Shown here one piece after another: positions 54,125 through 56,622 of a stretch of 56,622 nt of DNA. The stretch is from contig CAZVQM010000001.1 in the NCBI GenBank assembly GCA_964629265.1, positions 1 to 56,622 of the forward strand. The letters run 5' to 3'. The position numbers and the translations under genes were made by a program. The number at the start of each line of letters is the position of its first letter. The stretch's first letter is position 1. The notes below the pieces were generated by a model that was given only the letters and a program-made list of their open reading frames with translations, was not told where the DNA came from and ran no database searches. This DNA is from an uncultured Candidatus Saccharibacteria bacterium. Lineage in GTDB: Bacteria; Patescibacteriota; Minisyncoccia; Sungbacterales; HO2-52-23.

Positions 54125-56622
54125 CTACTTCGTGAAGTTCTGCTGGCTCATTTCCGTTGTCGGAAGGCCTGGCACTTGGTAGCCGTTCAACCAGTCGTTC
54201 GTCGTTGTTGCCGACGTAGTCGTGGTGTTTGGCGACCAGACGAAATCGTTTTGCGCAGAATACCCTACGACATCTGCTTGCTCGCGGTTTACCAAGTTCG
54301 TGTTGTTTGCGAACGTGGAATCGCCGAGGAGCGCGACCGCAATCGAGTCACCTATCGTGACGCTTGCGAGTGAACCTTTAAGTTCAAAGTATCGCGATCC
54401 GCCTGCAGGGATATTCAATGCTTCGACTGTCGTAGAAGCAGATGATACGGTTGGGGTCGTGTTTGAGACCGGGTTGAAGTAGAAGACTATTTCATCCGTT
54501 CCCATGGCGCCGCTCCCCGAGACATTACCCCATACGTCCTCGCTCACTTCATCAACATTTCGCGAATGTACCGGGTTTTGCGCATACGCATTCGTTGAGA
54601 AGCCGGAGTCCGAGTACGCGAAGAGCTTGAAGATTGTCGTTGTCGCAACAGTCGTTGAACTTACCCGGAACGTCATCTTCGCAATACCGAGATCGTCTGC
54701 CGCATCCGCCGTCACCTTGAATCGGTAGAGTGTCATCTCGCCGTTTGCAAGGGTATTTGACGGAACAGACAGGCGTTCAAACGTCGGGTAGGTTTGCACA
54801 AGGCGTACTCCTACGCCAGCTGTATCAGCACCTGCAGTCGGGTTGAGTTCTCCGCCCGACGAAAGGCCAACACCTTTTGTGGTTGTTACTGCCTCGCCGT
54901 CGTAGTTTACGGTAACAAGATGACCTCGCGTTGCCGCCTCATTCACGCCAAGGAGTCCAAGATCCGCCTTAATCGTAAGGAGCTTCTCAGTGTCCTTCGC
55001 AACCGTGAAGTCGGCCAAGCTCAAGGTCGATGTTGCGCGCGTACCAGTTCCCTGGAAGACCGCTTCACCAACCTTTGTTGCGCCGTCCCAGAGGGTCAAC
55101 TTCTTGATATCTGAAGATGACGCCGTGGATGATGCAAGCGTAAGCGCAATCCGATCAAGTCGAATTGCTTCATCAGTTGCTTTAATCTTCAATACCACCA
55201 ACAAGACATCGGTCTTATTTGCAATACCATAACGCTCTGCGGTCGGGCTTGACGCGTCAAGCGTGATCGTAAGCGTTCCTCCGGTTTTTATGGTCATCGT
55301 GGGGCCGGTGTTTAACGTAACGGATTCCGTTACTGTAACGCCGGTACTTTTGCCAACAACTGTTGTATCGCTGTTTGTAGACGTAAGACCAACTCGGAAG
55401 GTCTCACTTGCTGCGGGCAAGTTGGAGATATTGCACTTCACATCAACCTCCTTCACTGTTCCCTTCGGAATAATGATCTCGGTATCCATGTTGAAGGTAA
55501 GCAAGTCCTCCGTGTTCGCCGTTGCCTCGTCAGGCGTTACAACGTTCCCGCCCGAGTTGAGTGCCGTTGCGCCGTCAAACATCTGGCAGGTGTTAAGATC
55601 AGTTGCTGTTGAACCGCTCGCTGGCGTAAGTCCCATTTTCTGGGTCGTGATCCGGAGGTCTTCACCGGAATCAGACGCGTCGTACTGAACTTTTGCGAAC
55701 AAGAATCCATTGACGCCGCGGACAACATTCTGCGAAGCCGGAGTCGGCGCAATTGCCACGCGAAGCGCTGCGCGCTTTACCGTCATTGTGTTTGCCGTTG
55801 TTGACGACGTCGGAGTCGCTGAAATCGTAAGGCCCGTTACCTCGCCTTTTGCCGTAATGTCTCCGTCAGGATCAATTTGCGCCTGGACAGTATCAGCATC
55901 TTCGAAGTCAGTTGTCAGTTTGCCTTTGATGACGTACGTGTTCGCGCCAACCGGAACAGTCCATGTGTCGGTGAAGGTAACTGACTCATCAGAGCCAACA
56001 TCCTTGGGCCCGGCAACAACTGCGCCAGCATCGGTGAAGACCGATACGTTGTCAATCTGCGTTCCATCCTCGCCCGCTGAAAGGCCGAATGTAACCTTGA
56101 ATGACGTGACCTGCACTGGCTCGCCTTTTGCTTCAAGCATGAAGGAACCGAGCGAGGTATTCGATACGTCTACAGGAACGTTTCCTGCGGCAATAGTATT
56201 GGACTTCTCAACGCGGAGAGTTCCCTTTGCAATGGTATGTGCATATCCATCGTAGTAGGGCTCTGTTGACGTAAATCCTTCACCCTGCGTAGAGGTGTTT
56301 GCCGAGGTGCCGTTTGCCGGCGTGAGGTAGTAGCCGTAGGTCTTTCCTTTCACTACAACATCGGTTCTCCGCTGGATATCAAAGTCAATGGTTCGGTCAG
56401 AACCACCTTCCACGTCGAGTTTGATTGCGGTTTCTATGTTGCCGCCTTTATCAACTTCAACTGATTGGCCTAATCGCGCGACATAATATCGCCCGTCAGA
56501 GCTTGCTTCTGCCGGATACTCGGTGCCGTTCACGACAACACGGACGTTTTTGACGTCACCCGTGCCGGCGGAACCCGCCTGGTACCATCGGACTTGTTCA
56601 AGCATAACCGGCTCTGCGGATC
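54125..56622 (-). CDS. Large Thr/Ser/Val/Gly-rich modular cell-surface protein (5'-partial; runs off the right edge)
   Basis: The frame is open from the window edge. The first in-window Met (56605) is not followed by a signal peptide. There are at least four ~110-130-aa beta-strand-rich modules sharing the pattern 'x-F/L-x-V/I-x-A-x-x-E/D-x-V/I-x-V/L ... V-x-L/F-x-D-G-A/T'. Two terminators follow the stop. Confidence 0.8.
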   Translation of the reverse strand, partial: SAEPVMLEQVRWYQAGSAGTGDVKNVRVVVNGTEYPAEASSDGRYYVARLGQSVEVDKGGNIETAIKLDVEGGSDRTIDFDIQRRTDVVVKGKTYGYYLTPANGTSANTSTQGEGFTSTEPYYDGYAHTIAKGTLRVEKSNTIAAGNVPVDVSNTSLGSFMLEAKGEPVQVTSFKVTFGLSAGEDGTQIDNVSVFTDAGAVVAGPKDVGSDESVTFTDTWTVPVGANTYVIKGKLTTDFEDADTVQAQIDPDGDITAKGEVTGLTISATPTSSTTANTMTVKRAALRVAIAPTPASQNVVRGVNGFLFAKVQYDASDSGEDLRITTQKMGLTPASGSTATDLNTCQMFDGATALNSGGNVVTPDEATANTEDLLTFNMDTEIIIPKGTVKEVDVKCNISNLPAASETFRVGLTSTNSDTTVVGKSTGVTVTESVTLNTGPTMTIKTGGTLTITLDASSPTAERYGIANKTDVLLVVLKIKATDEAIRLDRIALTLASSTASSSDIKKLTLWDGATKVGEAVFQGTGTRATSTLSLADFTVAKDTEKLLTIKADLGLLGVNEAATRGHLVTVNYDGEAVTTTKGVGLSSGGELNPTAGADTAGVGVRLVQTYPTFERLSVPSNTLANGEMTLYRFKVTADAADDLGIAKMTFRVSSTTVATTTIFKLFAYSDSGFSTNAYAQNPVHSRNVDEVSEDVWGNVSGSGAMGTDEIVFYFNPVSNTTPTVSSASTTVEALNIPAGGSRYFELKGSLASVTIGDSIAVALLGDSTFANNTNLVNREQADVVGYSAQNDFVWSPNTTTTSATTTNDWLNGYQVPGLPTTEMSQQNFTK

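Noticed and set aside
102-56255. The many 60-250-aa ORFs in the track that lie antisense to, or out of frame within, the long minus-strand genes. Examples are 1465..1956, 10276..10518, 14282..14929, 17123..17677, 32681..33235, 41784..42509, 45870..46217, 49265..49996 and 55710..56255.
   Set aside because: Each is fully nested in a longer ORF with clear family motifs. Their translations are Arg/Ser/Pro-rich low-complexity sequence with no recognisable motifs, as expected for shadow ORFs in moderately GC-rich coding DNA.
1-56622. A search for CRISPR arrays, tRNA/rRNA genes, transposases or integrases, toxin-antitoxin systems or recognisable phage-defence genes.
   Set aside because: No regularly spaced direct repeats, no cloverleaf-capable intergenic segments, and no ORF with nuclease, integrase or transposase-like motifs were seen. 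Apart from the two palindromic elements, the intergenic space is taken up by promoters and terminators.

Overview
Almost the whole 56.6-kb window is one surface-glycan biosynthesis super-locus. It holds about 50 CDS, 45 of them on the minus strand, and many are joined by 1-20 nt start/stop overlaps (ATGA, GTGA, TAATG), so they appear to be transcribed as a few long operons. I found no rRNA, tRNA, CRISPR array, transposase or integrase.

Recognisable content:
- An Arn/NaxD-like lipid-linked amino-sugar module at 0.2-11 kb. It contains an SDR epimerase, a short UDP-sugar dehydrogenase, a Wzy_C+TPR membrane protein, a GtrA-like protein, a GT2, a NodB deacetylase, a WbpB/E/D-like trio and a GT-C.
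- Two NeuB-type synthases, one NeuC-type hydrolysing 2-epimerase, three NeuA-type cytidylyltransferases and a KdsC-type phosphatase. Together these imply more than one CMP-ulosonic-acid branch.
- An unexpected transketolase / orphan gene / KDPG-aldolase / aldehyde dehydrogenase / SDR block (12-18.6 kb) sitting inside the first ulosonic-acid branch.
- A GDP-6-deoxyhexose branch: Gmd, three tandem DegT paralogues (one carrying the Lys-to-His change typical of ColD/E1 3-dehydratases), a PglD/NeuD acetyltransferase, an RfaE-domain-II-like nucleotidyltransferase, and TylCIII-like C-, TylF-like O- and FkbM methyltransferases.
- About ten GT4/GT2 glycosyltransferases, including a double-GT4 fusion.
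- An MsbA/PglK-like ABC exporter.
- At the right end, a TPR protein, a peptidoglycan-binding-domain protein and a large Thr/Ser-rich modular surface protein that runs off the window.

Most interesting non-standard signals:
- Three paralogues of an uncharacterised two-Rossmann-like family sharing an 'SWDN-T-KG ... RPHP' motif set. One is fused to a sugar C-methyltransferase. They are candidate transferases for the CMP-ulosonic acids.
- Two ~165-nt concentric nested palindromic intergenic elements that look related to each other.
- Perfect heptanucleotide coding repeats near the 5' end of the double-GT4 gene, which could be a phase-variation site.
- A frameshifted methyltransferase.
- A GC3-rich orphan gene insulated by its own consensus promoter and terminators.

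All calls come from reading the ORF translations and the DNA by eye. No database searches were run.
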